A DNA stretch of 64,000 nt, from positions 4,077 through 68,076 of the forward strand of contig DBXP01000004.1 in NCBI GenBank assembly GCA_002309575.1, in the 5' to 3' direction. A program made the translations under genes and the position numbers. The stretch comes from a bacterium UBP6_UBA1209 (GTDB lineage Bacteria; UBP6; UBA1177). The notes beneath the pieces are model-generated. The model was not told the origin of the DNA. It saw only the letters and a program-made list of their open reading frames with translations, and searched no databases. Positions 19,026 to 29,189 of the stretch are shown here, piece after piece (positions within the stretch are counted from its first letter, which is position 1; every line of letters begins with the position of its first letter).

Positions 19026-19520
19026 ATGTCAAACATACAATCGTTTTTCGGCAGAAAAGAGTACAGGATCGATTCGAAAGGCAGGATTTCACTCTCGTCT
19101 GACTACTTCTCTCTGCTGGAACTACAGGACAAAAACACCGTTGTGGTTGCTCAGAACAGTAACGAATCTCACAGATTTCTTGAGGTCTTCTCCCAAAATC
19201 AGTGGAACGAGCAGCTGAAAGTCATCGATTGTATGGAAGATGATGAAGATAAAGAGTGGCTTATGTATAATTATGTCGGAACGGCTATTTCTGTCGAGCT
19301 CGACACGCAGAACCGTATCCGTCTTCCGAAGTCGCTGATCGACTACGCCAAGATCGGCCAGGATGTCGTTTTTATCGGCGCGATCAAGACGCTTCGCATC
19401 TGGTCGAAATCCGAGCTTGCCGATTTCGAATCATCTCAGAAACACGACAGAGAGAGTATAAGAACCAAGATGAATGCGGCTAGAAAGCTCTATTCATCCG
19501 AGAAGAGCGGGGAAAAATGA
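19026..19520 (+). CDS. mraZ: transcriptional regulator MraZ
   Basis: Two SpoVT/AbrB-like halves: FGRKEYRIDSKGRISL and QNRIRLPKSL. First gene of the dcw cluster. Confidence 0.9.
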   Translation: MSNIQSFFGRKEYRIDSKGRISLSSDYFSLLELQDKNTVVVAQNSNESHRFLEVFSQNQWNEQLKVIDCMEDDEDKEWLMYNYVGTAISVELDTQNRIRLPKSLIDYAKIGQDVVFIGAIKTLRIWSKSELADFESSQKHDRESIRTKMNAARKLYSSEKSGEK

Positions 19521-20428
19521 TAACCTTCCAGCACACGCCGGTGCTTGCCGAAGAGGTTTTGAGCACGATCGACAACAATCCGTCGGTCTACCTTGATCTG
19601 ACCTCAGGCGGCGGAAATCACGCTGCGAGGATCATTGACAGGTATCCGGAGATCACTGCGGTCCTGATCGACAGGGATGACGACGCTATCGCTCATCTGA
19701 AGGAAAAATTCGCCGGCTACTCAAATGTAAAGGTTGTTAAATCCGCATTCAGTAATTTGGATAAGGTTCTGTTCTTATTGCAGATTTCCAAGGTCGATCT
19801 CATTCTTGCTGATCTCGGTGTCAGCAGCTTCCAGTTCGATACGGCGGAGCGCGGTTTCTCCTTCAGGCTGGACGGCCCGATGGATATGAGAATGGATCAG
19901 AGCGCCGGACTTTCGGCTCTCGACTACATCCGCTCAACCGGCGAGGGCGAGCTTCGTTCGGTCCTTAGCGAATACGGCGGCGAGCGCGAGGCAGGCAGGA
20001 TGGCGCGTCTGCTCAAAAAATGCGTCGAAGAGGGGATGACAACGACCACTCAGTTTGCGGAGGCGATCTCCAAGGCGAAAAGATTCTCCAAAAAGGGGAT
20101 CGATCCGGCGACTCAGATTTTCATGTCTCTCAGAATGGCGGTGAACAACGAGCTCGGAGAGCTTGAAAGCGGCCTTAAAAAGGGGTTTTCGGTGCTTTCG
20201 GAGCACGGCATTATGAGTGTGATCTCTTTCCATTCCACAGAGGATCGCATCGTTAAGAATTTTTTCAGGAACAGGAAGAACGGTCTTCCGTTTTATGTCG
20301 AGGACGGAGACGAGATGCCGTTCGAGAGCGGTAGGGTCATGTCGGTCGAACTTCATTTGCCGTCAGAGGGTGAAATCGCCGGAAATCCGCGTTCCAGAAG
20401 TGCAAAGTTAAGGGTTTTGAAGAAATAG
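19517..20428 (+). CDS. rsmH: 16S rRNA (cytosine1402-N4)-methyltransferase RsmH
   Basis: HTPVLAEEVL...DLTSGGGNHA and SFHSTEDRIVK motifs. Overlaps mraZ stop by 4 nt. Confidence 0.95.
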   Translation: MITFQHTPVLAEEVLSTIDNNPSVYLDLTSGGGNHAARIIDRYPEITAVLIDRDDDAIAHLKEKFAGYSNVKVVKSAFSNLDKVLFLLQISKVDLILADLGVSSFQFDTAERGFSFRLDGPMDMRMDQSAGLSALDYIRSTGEGELRSVLSEYGGEREAGRMARLLKKCVEEGMTTTTQFAEAISKAKRFSKKGIDPATQIFMSLRMAVNNELGELESGLKKGFSVLSEHGIMSVISFHSTEDRIVKNFFRNRKNGLPFYVEDGDEMPFESGRVMSVELHLPSEGEIAGNPRSRSAKLRVLKK

Positions 20429-20439
20429 CGGGGGTTGAA

Positions 20440-20811
20440 ATGAACGGTTATGTCGGTCAGGCAGAAGGCAGAAAGGTAAAGGCGAAACAAAACATTGTAG
20501 CAGCATGGCTTTCAAGATGGTTCGCCGGTAACAGGCTCGGGGTTCTTTTTACGTCAGGGATCGTGACATCCTGCCTGGTGTGTCTCTTTTTTCTCGGGGC
20601 GTTTGTCGCAAATTCATACTTCAAGGCAAAGACGACGAATATGAACTCCGAAATCGCCAAAAAGCTTGAGGCGACAAAGGATCTGGAGTGGCAGCTCTCG
20701 GTAAACAACAAGGATTATATTCATGTGACATCATCTTCTGAGCTTATAAAAAAGGCCCAGGAACTTAAAATGTCGGTTATTACAAGTGATAAGATCATCT
20801 CAGAAAACTAA
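20440..20811 (+). CDS. ftsL: cell division protein FtsL-like (single TM + coiled coil)
   Basis: 123 aa with one TM helix and a coiled-coil region. Canonical position between rsmH and ftsI. Confidence 0.6.
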   Translation: MNGYVGQAEGRKVKAKQNIVAAWLSRWFAGNRLGVLFTSGIVTSCLVCLFFLGAFVANSYFKAKTTNMNSEIAKKLEATKDLEWQLSVNNKDYIHVTSSSELIKKAQELKMSVITSDKIISEN

Positions 20812-20831
20812 ATTTTCGGAGATCAGGCCGA

Positions 20832-22970
20832 ATGAACCCGAACGAGTACAAAAAACTATATATTTTTGCTGCGCTCATATTTCTAGGTTTTGTCGGCATT
20901 GTAGGACGGATATACTTTATCATTCGTGATCATCCCAATCACGTCGAATACGAGGGGTCTGCCCCCAGGATCGTAAAAATACAGGGAAAACGCGGAACTA
21001 TCTACGACAGGAACGGTACGCCTCTCGCTATGAGCGAACCTAAAAGCAACATTGCGATCGATCCCAGAGGAGTCACCTACAAAAAGGAGATGACGGCGTT
21101 TCTTATCGCGAATATGCCGCAGCTCGATCCGCAGGTGATAGAAAAGGCCTTGAAGCGCGACAGCAACTTCCAGTATCTCCAGAGGGATGCGAAGTATGAG
21201 GATGTCAGCAGGCTCAAGCAGGCGGTAAAGACCAAAATAAAGGATGTAAATTCTCAGATAAAAAGCATAAGAAGCAGAAAAGAGGGTATCGGAGGCGAAA
21301 AAGACACCCAAAAAAACCAGGAAGCAGATTATTTCAGAAAAATAAGGGATGACTTCGCATCTATCATATACGAAAACGGCTACAAACGTGTCTATCCGCA
21401 GGGAAAGCTTCTGGCCAATGTTTTGGGGCATACAAACAAGTATAAAATTGTGGGTGACAAGCAGAATGACGGAATCGAAGGTATCGAGTGGAAGTATGAC
21501 GAATTTCTTTCGGGCGAGTTGAAGGAGATAAATAAAAATCCCAACGTGCATATCCCGCTGAGCGAAGATGACTTGTCTGTTTATGACGGCGCGGATGTCT
21601 ATCTGACGATCGATGCAGACATCCAGTTTATTGCCGAAGAAGAGCTCGCCAAAGTGATGGAGAAGAGCAAGGCCAAGTGGGGGAGCGTTGTGATCATGGA
21701 ACCCTCGTCAGGCAAGATCCTGGCGATGGCCAACAATCCCAGCTTCGACCCGGAAAACTACGGATCACCAGAAAACAGCGACCCTGCGAAGCACAGGAAC
21801 TTTGCTGTAGCGGATCTTTTTGAGCCCGGTTCGACATTCAAAGTTTTTTCGATCCTTGCTGTCCTGAACGAAAACCTGAGCAAGCCCGGCGAGACGGTCT
21901 TCGGCGAAAACGGCAGGTTTTTTTTCGGCAAGAATCTTGTCAGGGATTCTCACCCTAACCAGTATATGACAATCCGTGACGTGATCGTGACTTCAAGCAA
22001 TATCGGTACGATAAAATTTGCGGACCGGCTTTCGAACAAGCAGCTTTACGAATATTTCACGATGTTCGGGTTCGGTCAGAAAAGCGGTATCAATATCGCA
22101 GGAGAGGCCTCCAGAGCGATCCGTAAATATGATAAATGGGTCCCGATTGATAAGGGCAACCTCTCTTTCGGTCAGGGACTTTCGGTAAATATGGTCCAGA
22201 TGGTCAGAGCATATTCCGCTCTCTACAACGGCGGAGTTCTGTGGCAGCCGGTCATTGTCGACCGCATCAAGGGTTTCAAGGACGGGAAAAAGATCGATAA
22301 GATAATCGCTCCGGAACCGAAGCGGCTTACATTCAAATACAACTCGGACCGTCAGATCGTTTCGATGATGGAGGGTGTCGTCACCGAGGGGACAGCGCGG
22401 CGGGCACAGCTGAACGGTGTCGAGGTCGGCGGAAAGACCGGAACGGCTCAGATCTACGATGTCAAGGCGAAGAAATATTCGTGGAACAGGGTCGTCTGCT
22501 CCTTTATCGGCGGTGTTCCCAACAACAATCCGGCTTTCGTCATGATGGTCGCGATCAACGAACCTCAGGGCAAAGAGTACGGAGGAACGATCGCCGCTCC
22601 GGTGTTCAAGGCGATTTCCGAAAGGATACTGCCTAAATTCGGAGTCTTCCTCAACAAGAAAGAAAAGGATAAAGCAAAGATCCCGGATATGATAGACGAG
22701 GATAAAACAGGTACCGCAATTGCCGAGGAGTCGGGCGAAGAGTCTGACCTTGTCGCTGAAGGCGATTATGTCAGAGTCCCCAATTTTGTCGGCAAAGATG
22801 TCTCTGAGGCCATAAAGCTGGCAGGACTGAACTCGCTGGAGGTCGTCATTTCCGGCTCTCAGCTTAAAAACAAGATCGCCGGGCAATATCCGAAGGTCGG
22901 GAGCACTGTCTCTGCCGGTACGGTCGTAACTCTGGAGACCCTTAAAGAGGAAAAAGATGAAAATATCTGA
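20832..22970 (+). CDS. ftsI: class B penicillin-binding protein FtsI/PBP with C-terminal PASTA domain
   Basis: Transpeptidase motifs STFK, SSN and KTGTA. C-terminal PASTA-like VRVPNFVGKDVSEAIKLAGL. Lys-rich insertion around aa 130-180. Confidence 0.9.
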   Translation: MNPNEYKKLYIFAALIFLGFVGIVGRIYFIIRDHPNHVEYEGSAPRIVKIQGKRGTIYDRNGTPLAMSEPKSNIAIDPRGVTYKKEMTAFLIANMPQLDPQVIEKALKRDSNFQYLQRDAKYEDVSRLKQAVKTKIKDVNSQIKSIRSRKEGIGGEKDTQKNQEADYFRKIRDDFASIIYENGYKRVYPQGKLLANVLGHTNKYKIVGDKQNDGIEGIEWKYDEFLSGELKEINKNPNVHIPLSEDDLSVYDGADVYLTIDADIQFIAEEELAKVMEKSKAKWGSVVIMEPSSGKILAMANNPSFDPENYGSPENSDPAKHRNFAVADLFEPGSTFKVFSILAVLNENLSKPGETVFGENGRFFFGKNLVRDSHPNQYMTIRDVIVTSSNIGTIKFADRLSNKQLYEYFTMFGFGQKSGINIAGEASRAIRKYDKWVPIDKGNLSFGQGLSVNMVQMVRAYSALYNGGVLWQPVIVDRIKGFKDGKKIDKIIAPEPKRLTFKYNSDRQIVSMMEGVVTEGTARRAQLNGVEVGGKTGTAQIYDVKAKKYSWNRVVCSFIGGVPNNNPAFVMMVAINEPQGKEYGGTIAAPVFKAISERILPKFGVFLNKKEKDKAKIPDMIDEDKTGTAIAEESGEESDLVAEGDYVRVPNFVGKDVSEAIKLAGLNSLEVVISGSQLKNKIAGQYPKVGSTVSAGTVVTLETLKEEKDENI

Positions 22971-24414
22971 TTTTATTAGACTGATAGAGTGCTTCGATCC
23001 TCGTCTCCAATCTGTTGACGAGGCTGAGATCGTGAAGATAACAGCCGATTCCAGAGAGGCTTCTGAAGGGTATGCCTTTTTTTGCGTCAAGGGATTCAAG
23101 AGCGACGGACACGATTTTATAGACTCCGCTTTTGCAAACGGTGCATCTCTTGTGGTCGGCGAAAAGCCGCTTGATAAAAAAAACTATATTCAGATCTCAT
23201 CGGTGCGTGACGCGCTCAACGAGATCCTGCCCGCTTTTTACGGCTATCCGGACAGAAAAGGGGCTGCAATCGGCGTGACCGGGACCAACGGAAAGACTTC
23301 TACGACCTTTATTGTTGAACATATCCTCGAAAAGAGCATGAGCTGCGGAGTGATCGGAACGCTTCACTACAAATATGCGGACAGGCTGATCCCGGCAGAG
23401 AACACGACTCCCGTGAACTGGAGATGGTATTCTCTTCTTGACGATATGAGAAGATGCGGTGTCGGGGCGGTGATTTCTGAAGTAAGCAGCCACGCGCTTG
23501 CCGAGAACAGGATCGGCGCCACGCTCTTCGATGTGGCGGTCTTTACGAATCTGACCCGCGACCACATGGATTTCCACAAAACCGTGGAAAACTACTATGA
23601 GGCGAAAAAGAGGCTTTTCACCAGGCATCTGGCTAAAGGAGGAACGGCTGTCATCAACATTGACGACGAGTTCGGCCGCAGGCTCAGTACGGAACTTCCT
23701 GATGATGTAAAGCTTATACGGTTTTCAACCTCAGACCGTTCCGCAGAGCTTTTTGTCGAAGTCCTCGAGCTTACGACTGCAGGAAGCAGAGTCCGGTTCA
23801 ACATGGGTGATTTCAGCGGGGAACTGACGATCCCTCTGGTAGGAAGATTCAACATATACAACGCTGCCGGCTCATTTGCGGCTGCACAGGTCTTTGTCGG
23901 CAGAGAGGCTGCTGCAAAGCGGCTTGCCGAGGGTGTCTCCGTGCCCGGAAGGCTTGAAAGGATAGGCAGAAGTTCAGTTTTTGTCGATTATGCACATACG
24001 CCGGATGCCCTCGAAAACGTTTTGAATACGCTGAACGATCTTGGGGTCTACTCAAAAATAATAACTGTCGTAGGTGCCGGCGGAGACCGTGACAAGGGCA
24101 AAAGACCGCTTATGGGTGCTATTTCATGTAAACTCAGCGACATTGTTATTTTGACGGACGACAACCCGCGGAGTGAAGACCCTGACGCGATCGTTTCGGA
24201 GATCTATTCCGGCTGCGACACATCCGAGTGCCGTGTCGAAATAGTCCGCGACAGGGCTATGGCGATCCGCCGGGCAATAGAGCTGGCGGATGAGAAAACG
24301 GCTGTTCTGATTGCCGGTAAGGGCGCCGAAGATTACCAGATAACGAAGAGCGGAAAGCACCATTTTTCGGACAGGGAAGAGGTCTTGAAGGTTCTTGAAG
24401 AGGAGAGACGCTAA
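22957..24414 (+). CDS. murE: UDP-N-acetylmuramoyl-L-alanyl-D-glutamate--2,6-diaminopimelate ligase
   Basis: Mur ligase motifs GVTGTNGKTST. DNPR motif (DDNPRSEDP) indicates meso-DAP specificity. Confidence 0.95.
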   Translation: MKISDFIRLIECFDPRLQSVDEAEIVKITADSREASEGYAFFCVKGFKSDGHDFIDSAFANGASLVVGEKPLDKKNYIQISSVRDALNEILPAFYGYPDRKGAAIGVTGTNGKTSTTFIVEHILEKSMSCGVIGTLHYKYADRLIPAENTTPVNWRWYSLLDDMRRCGVGAVISEVSSHALAENRIGATLFDVAVFTNLTRDHMDFHKTVENYYEAKKRLFTRHLAKGGTAVINIDDEFGRRLSTELPDDVKLIRFSTSDRSAELFVEVLELTTAGSRVRFNMGDFSGELTIPLVGRFNIYNAAGSFAAAQVFVGREAAAKRLAEGVSVPGRLERIGRSSVFVDYAHTPDALENVLNTLNDLGVYSKIITVVGAGGDRDKGKRPLMGAISCKLSDIVILTDDNPRSEDPDAIVSEIYSGCDTSECRVEIVRDRAMAIRRAIELADEKTAVLIAGKGAEDYQITKSGKHHFSDREEVLKVLEEERR

Positions 24415-25685
24415 TGTTTTCATCACTTTTGATTGAGAGGGCAGCTGAAAGGCTCGGATTGAAAATTAAATTGGAACCGTCAATTATTTCAGGGTGTTAT
24501 ATCGATTCAAGAGCCTGCGGCAGCAATTCGCTGTTCTTCGCCTTCAAAGGAGAGAGGGTCGACGGCCACAGCTTCGTTCCTGAGTTGTTGAAACGCAGCG
24601 TCATCTGTGTCGGAACAGAGGATTTCAAAGACAGAAAATATATAAAAGTTCCCGATACAGCGGAATTTATGGCTGCACTTGCCAGGGAAAGACGCAATAA
24701 ATTTAATGGTTTGGTCCTCTGCGTGACTGGCTCCAGCGGAAAAACCTCGACACGTCAGCTTGTCGTTTCGATGCTGAAAGAGCTTAAGCTCCGTGTCCAT
24801 GCCACGAGCGGGAATCTCAACAACCATCTCGGAATGCCGCTTGTGATCCTCAATATGCCGCTTTACTGCGAAGCGCTGGTGCTTGAGATCGGAATGAACC
24901 ACGCCGGCGAACTGAAACACCTTGTTGAGATCGCGCAGCCCGGTTTCGGAGTGATCACGAACATCGGTACAGCCCATATCGGAAATTTCGGATCCCAGGC
25001 TGAACTGGCGCAGGCAAAGCTCGAAATCTTCAACTTTTCAGACGCTGTCGCTGTTGCAGACGTTTCCGACCCGTATATCTCGAAGTGGGTTTCCGAGAAT
25101 GAGGGAAAGAGGGAAATAGTTAAGTATTCAAAGGCTGAGCTTGAAGAATTGGCTAAAGAATACAGCGAGTTGCCTGATTTTATGGTTGAAAACCTCCTGA
25201 CTGCCAAAAGTATCGTTTCAGCGGCAGCCGGACGCCTGCCTGATCTTCAGAAAAGTATCGACGGCTGCGAGCTTCCGGCGATGAGAGGCGAGGTAAGGAT
25301 CGTCGGAAAGAGGCTTTTTGTCGTTGACTGCTACAATGCAAATCCTGCTTCGATGCAGAAATCGATCGACAACTTTTTGCGCCGCTATACGTCTGACAAT
25401 GTCTTTATTCTCGGCAGTATGTTCGAGCTGGGTGAATTTTCCGGCGAGATGCACCGCAGGATCCTGGATAATCTTATCAGTGCCGGAGTAAAATCGCCTG
25501 TTTTCCTTATCGGATCTGAGTTCGAGAAGGTCAAGGCTGATTATGCGAACCAGAAAAATATTAGTTTTTTCAACGATATATCGGAAGCCGCCAGACATCT
25601 GCCTTCAGAGGGAAACTTTTTGCTGAAGGGTTCAAGAGGCAACAGGCTCGAAACGATTTTTTCACTTCCGGAGGTTAAGGAATGA
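24414..25685 (+). CDS. murF: UDP-N-acetylmuramoyl-tripeptide--D-alanyl-D-alanine ligase
   Basis: IDSRACGSNSLFFAFKGERVDGH and VTGSSGKTST. Start overlaps murE stop. Confidence 0.9.
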   Translation: MFSSLLIERAAERLGLKIKLEPSIISGCYIDSRACGSNSLFFAFKGERVDGHSFVPELLKRSVICVGTEDFKDRKYIKVPDTAEFMAALARERRNKFNGLVLCVTGSSGKTSTRQLVVSMLKELKLRVHATSGNLNNHLGMPLVILNMPLYCEALVLEIGMNHAGELKHLVEIAQPGFGVITNIGTAHIGNFGSQAELAQAKLEIFNFSDAVAVADVSDPYISKWVSENEGKREIVKYSKAELEELAKEYSELPDFMVENLLTAKSIVSAAAGRLPDLQKSIDGCELPAMRGEVRIVGKRLFVVDCYNANPASMQKSIDNFLRRYTSDNVFILGSMFELGEFSGEMHRRILDNLISAGVKSPVFLIGSEFEKVKADYANQKNISFFNDISEAARHLPSEGNFLLKGSRGNRLETIFSLPEVKE

Positions 25686-26965
25686 GAGCTTTAATACTTG
25701 GCTTGGGCATTTCAGGTCTCTCCTCTGCCCGTTTCCTGAAGGGAAGGGGTTACGAGGTCTATATTTTTGATGACAACAAGGAGACTTTGGAAAAAAATTC
25801 AAAGGATTACGAAGTTTACGACCAGAGCCTTAAATACGACCTGGCGATAATCAGCCCCGGAGTTCCCGCGACTCATCCGGTCGTCCGCAAAATTTCAGAG
25901 CAGGGTACCGAGGTTATCGGAGAGATGGAGCTTGCCGGAAGGTATATCACCGGCGAGAAGGTCATCGCAGTGACCGGTACAAACGGAAAGTCGACAACAG
26001 TCTCTCTGGTCCATTCGTTTCTGAGTGATGCCGGCTTCAAGTCGTTCCTCTGCGGCAACATCGGCGAACCAGTGATCAACGGCGTCGGGAAGGGCTGCGA
26101 CTTTCTGGTCATCGAAATCAGCTCGTTCCAGCTTGAGACTCTGAAAAGCCTGCATCCGGATGTCGCGATGGTCCTGAATGTGACTCCGGACCATCTGGAC
26201 CGCTACAACGGTTTTGAGGATTACCGCAATACGAAGCTCAATCTGCTCAGATTGTTGAAAAAGGATGGTTTCGGTGTTGTTGGAAAGGGTGTCGTCGAAG
26301 AGTCTGACGGCATCTGCTGCGATCTTAAAACCTTTGCCGTCGAGGGGACCGAAGATATATCATACGACGGAAAATACGTTTCAAAAGGTGATCTCAGGCT
26401 CGATATAAGCGGAATAAAGCTTACCGGCCACCACAATGTCGAAAATATCATGGCTGCTCTTCTGGGCGTCGGGAAGTGGGTCAGGGATCCCCTGAAAATG
26501 AGGAAAACTTTAGAGGATTTCAAGCCTCTGGCTCACAGGACGGCGCTGGTCGACAGCTTCCATGGTGTCGATTTTATTGATGATTCCAAAGGTACCAACG
26601 TCGGTGCCGTTGAAAAGTCGCTTGCCGGACTGCCGGACGGAAAGGTCGTCCTGATACTCGGAGGAGTCGATAAAGGCGGAAGTTACGAGCCGATCCGTCT
26701 CCTTGCCGAGACAAAGTGCAAGGGGATAGTGCTCATCGGGGCAGCGCGTGAGGTCATCCGCCCCTTCTTTGCAGGTTTCCCGAATACGGTCGATGCCGAG
26801 TCGATGAGCGATGCCGTCGAGAAGGCGTTCGAACTTGCAAAAAATGACGGGGTGGTGCTTTTTTCTCCTGCCTGCTCAAGTTTCGACTGGTACAGGAACT
26901 ACAAGGAAAGAGGCGTCGATTTCGTTAATAAAGTTGCTGATCTGAAGGCAAAAATCAGAGGCTGA
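25682..26965 (+). CDS. murD: UDP-N-acetylmuramoylalanine--D-glutamate ligase
   Basis: N-terminal Rossmann GLGISG and VTGTNGKSTT. Overlaps murF stop (ATGA); no mraY in between. Confidence 0.9.
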   Translation: MRALILGLGISGLSSARFLKGRGYEVYIFDDNKETLEKNSKDYEVYDQSLKYDLAIISPGVPATHPVVRKISEQGTEVIGEMELAGRYITGEKVIAVTGTNGKSTTVSLVHSFLSDAGFKSFLCGNIGEPVINGVGKGCDFLVIEISSFQLETLKSLHPDVAMVLNVTPDHLDRYNGFEDYRNTKLNLLRLLKKDGFGVVGKGVVEESDGICCDLKTFAVEGTEDISYDGKYVSKGDLRLDISGIKLTGHHNVENIMAALLGVGKWVRDPLKMRKTLEDFKPLAHRTALVDSFHGVDFIDDSKGTNVGAVEKSLAGLPDGKVVLILGGVDKGGSYEPIRLLAETKCKGIVLIGAAREVIRPFFAGFPNTVDAESMSDAVEKAFELAKNDGVVLFSPACSSFDWYRNYKERGVDFVNKVADLKAKIRG

Positions 26966-26969
26966 GAAG

Positions 26970-28064
26970 ATGGACAGAGCTGCAAAAACATACTTTATGA
27001 TCGCCTTTTTGCTGACAGTCATCGGTATGATCATGGTTTTCAATGTCAAGGTCTTCAACAGTGTCTCTGCCGATGAGATCGCTTTAGTGCAGCTTCGTTC
27101 TTTACTTCTCAACATGCTTATCGCGGCTGCAGTCTTTACTGTGACCTGCACGGTAAAGCTGGAGATGCTCAGAAACAACATTATCTGGATACTTCTGCTG
27201 GGTTTCGTCCTGCTTGTGCTGACCTTTCTGATAGGAACGACCGTAAACGGTTCGAAGCGCTGGATCGACCTTCGTGTCATGATGCTTCAGCCGTCGGAGC
27301 TGATCAAGCTTATCGGTGTTTTTTATCTCAGCTCGATCATCGAAAGCAAAATCAAAAACGGCGAAAAGCTTAAGGAGCTCTTTTTCCCGCTGGTCATTAT
27401 GGGGCTTTATGCAGGGCTCATTGCGATTGAAGACCTGGGAACCGCGACCCTGATAGGCTTGATCACTCTTTTGATGCTTTTCATCGCTGGTTACGACAAG
27501 AGATCGATGTGTATTATTGCTATTTTGGGGATAATCGCCTTTACCGGTTATGTCTTTATGGACGGAAAGTCTTACCGTGTAATGCGTATGCAGAGCTTCA
27601 TAAATCCCTGGGCTGTCGCCAAGAGCTGGGGTTACCAGAATGTCCAGTCGCTTGCCGCGATAGGGATGGGAGGTCTTTACGGAAAGGGTTTCGGCAACTC
27701 GACAAAGAAGATCACGGTCCTGCCGGAGGCCCATACTGATTTCATTTTTGCAGTGTTCTGCGAGGAGTTCGGACTTGTCGGCAGCATCGTTTTGATCCTG
27801 CTGTTTGTCGGTTTGCTCGTATTGGGTGTCTATTTTGCCCGAAAGATGCGAAATAGATTTAACTTTTATTTGATTTCAGGGTACACTCTGCTGATCGGTA
27901 TTCAGACGCTGGTCAACCTCGGTGTCGTTACATCGAGCTTGCCGAACAAAGGTGTCCCGCTGCCGTTTATAAGCTACGGCGGAACATCACTTGTCGTGAA
28001 TTGGGCGATTATTGGATTTGTACTGAATGCTGTAATGTCTGACAAGAAAGAGCAAATCAGTTAG
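26970..28064 (+). CDS. ftsW: SEDS-family peptidoglycan glycosyltransferase FtsW
   Basis: 10-TM SEDS protein with conserved GVPLPFISYGGTSL and PEAHTDFIF. Confidence 0.9.
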   Translation: MDRAAKTYFMIAFLLTVIGMIMVFNVKVFNSVSADEIALVQLRSLLLNMLIAAAVFTVTCTVKLEMLRNNIIWILLLGFVLLVLTFLIGTTVNGSKRWIDLRVMMLQPSELIKLIGVFYLSSIIESKIKNGEKLKELFFPLVIMGLYAGLIAIEDLGTATLIGLITLLMLFIAGYDKRSMCIIAILGIIAFTGYVFMDGKSYRVMRMQSFINPWAVAKSWGYQNVQSLAAIGMGGLYGKGFGNSTKKITVLPEAHTDFIFAVFCEEFGLVGSIVLILLFVGLLVLGVYFARKMRNRFNFYLISGYTLLIGIQTLVNLGVVTSSLPNKGVPLPFISYGGTSLVVNWAIIGFVLNAVMSDKKEQIS

Positions 28065-28076
28065 CAGAGGGAGGTT

Positions 28077-29189
28077 TTGATGGAAAATCAGATAACGACA
28101 AAGGCGATCGTGCTTTTGACAGGTGTGAACAGCAGGGAGCGTTACAAGGCGGCTATTTCCGTTGCCGGAGATCTGCGCTTCCGCGGGATTACCCCGATAA
28201 TTGCCCTCCCGAAGAATTCGATCTACGAGCGCTTCTTTACCGAAAGAGGGTACGAGGTGGTCCCGACGCCGGTCTTCCCTGAGAGCAAGGGGCTTCTGCT
28301 GAAAATTGCCAAGGCTCTTAAGATGGGGCAGAGCATTCAGGATTTTTTCAAACTTTTTGAGATCAAGTCTATAAGCGGCGTTTTCAGTTTCGGCGGGAAT
28401 ATATCTCTTCCGGCGCTCGAGGCGGCTGTGCGCCTTCCGAAGAAGGTCAAGGTCTTCCTTGTCGAGCAGAATGCCGACATTGCAAAGGTCCACGAGGAGT
28501 TCGTTTCAAAGGCGACGAGGATCTACCTGCCGTTCCAGGAGATGGAGGCGAAGCTGAATCTTCCGAATTCTTTTGTCTCCGGTATTCCGGTCGAGCGCGA
28601 GGTCCTGAGATCCGAGCCGATGGAATTTACCACAACCAAGAAAAAACTGCTGGTCCTGGGGTGCCGGAAGGATACCAAAGAGTTCAACGACATGGTCTTC
28701 TACCTTCTGGACAACTACTCTGAGATCAAGAGGGATTTCTACATAATCCAGGAGACTGGAGAGAGGGATGTCGCGTCTATCAGCCGTTACTACGAAAAGC
28801 AGAAGATCGACGCTACATGCGAGATGTTCTACGACAACCGCGGTCCCTGTCTGAAGGCAGCCGATATAGTTATTTCGCGTCCGAACAGCGATGTCATTGC
28901 CGAGATAACGGCGCTCAAGAAGCAGGCGATATACATCCCGCTTCCGCAGTCGAAGGATTACTTCCAGAAGCTGAACGCGCTGCAGCTGGCCAAGAGCGGC
29001 GCAGCATATTTGATCGAGGACAGGACAACGGGAACTCCGGCGAAGAGGTATAAAAAGCTGATGCAGATCCTCAGCTCCTATACACGCCAGGAGGATGTAA
29101 TGAAGGATAAGCTCGCCGAGATGGATTTTGAAAATTCATCGAAACGTATTGCCGGCGATATTGAATTTCTGCTGCAGGGAAAGCACTGA
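28077..29189 (+). CDS. murG: MurG-like glycosyltransferase (divergent; both glycine-rich loops degenerate)
   Basis: Canonical position. C-terminal half aligns to MurG (FGGNISLPALEAA...EQN; RPNSDVIAEITALKKQAIYIPLPQSKDYFQKLNALQLAKSGAA). But GGTGGH is replaced by TGVNSRE and GGSQG by GCRKDTKE. Confidence 0.75.
   Translation: MMENQITTKAIVLLTGVNSRERYKAAISVAGDLRFRGITPIIALPKNSIYERFFTERGYEVVPTPVFPESKGLLLKIAKALKMGQSIQDFFKLFEIKSISGVFSFGGNISLPALEAAVRLPKKVKVFLVEQNADIAKVHEEFVSKATRIYLPFQEMEAKLNLPNSFVSGIPVEREVLRSEPMEFTTTKKKLLVLGCRKDTKEFNDMVFYLLDNYSEIKRDFYIIQETGERDVASISRYYEKQKIDATCEMFYDNRGPCLKAADIVISRPNSDVIAEITALKKQAIYIPLPQSKDYFQKLNALQLAKSGAAYLIEDRTTGTPAKRYKKLMQILSSYTRQEDVMKDKLAEMDFENSSKRIAGDIEFLLQGKH

Noticed and set aside
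21993-23099. 368-aa minus-strand ORF
   Set aside because: Antisense to ftsI and murE.
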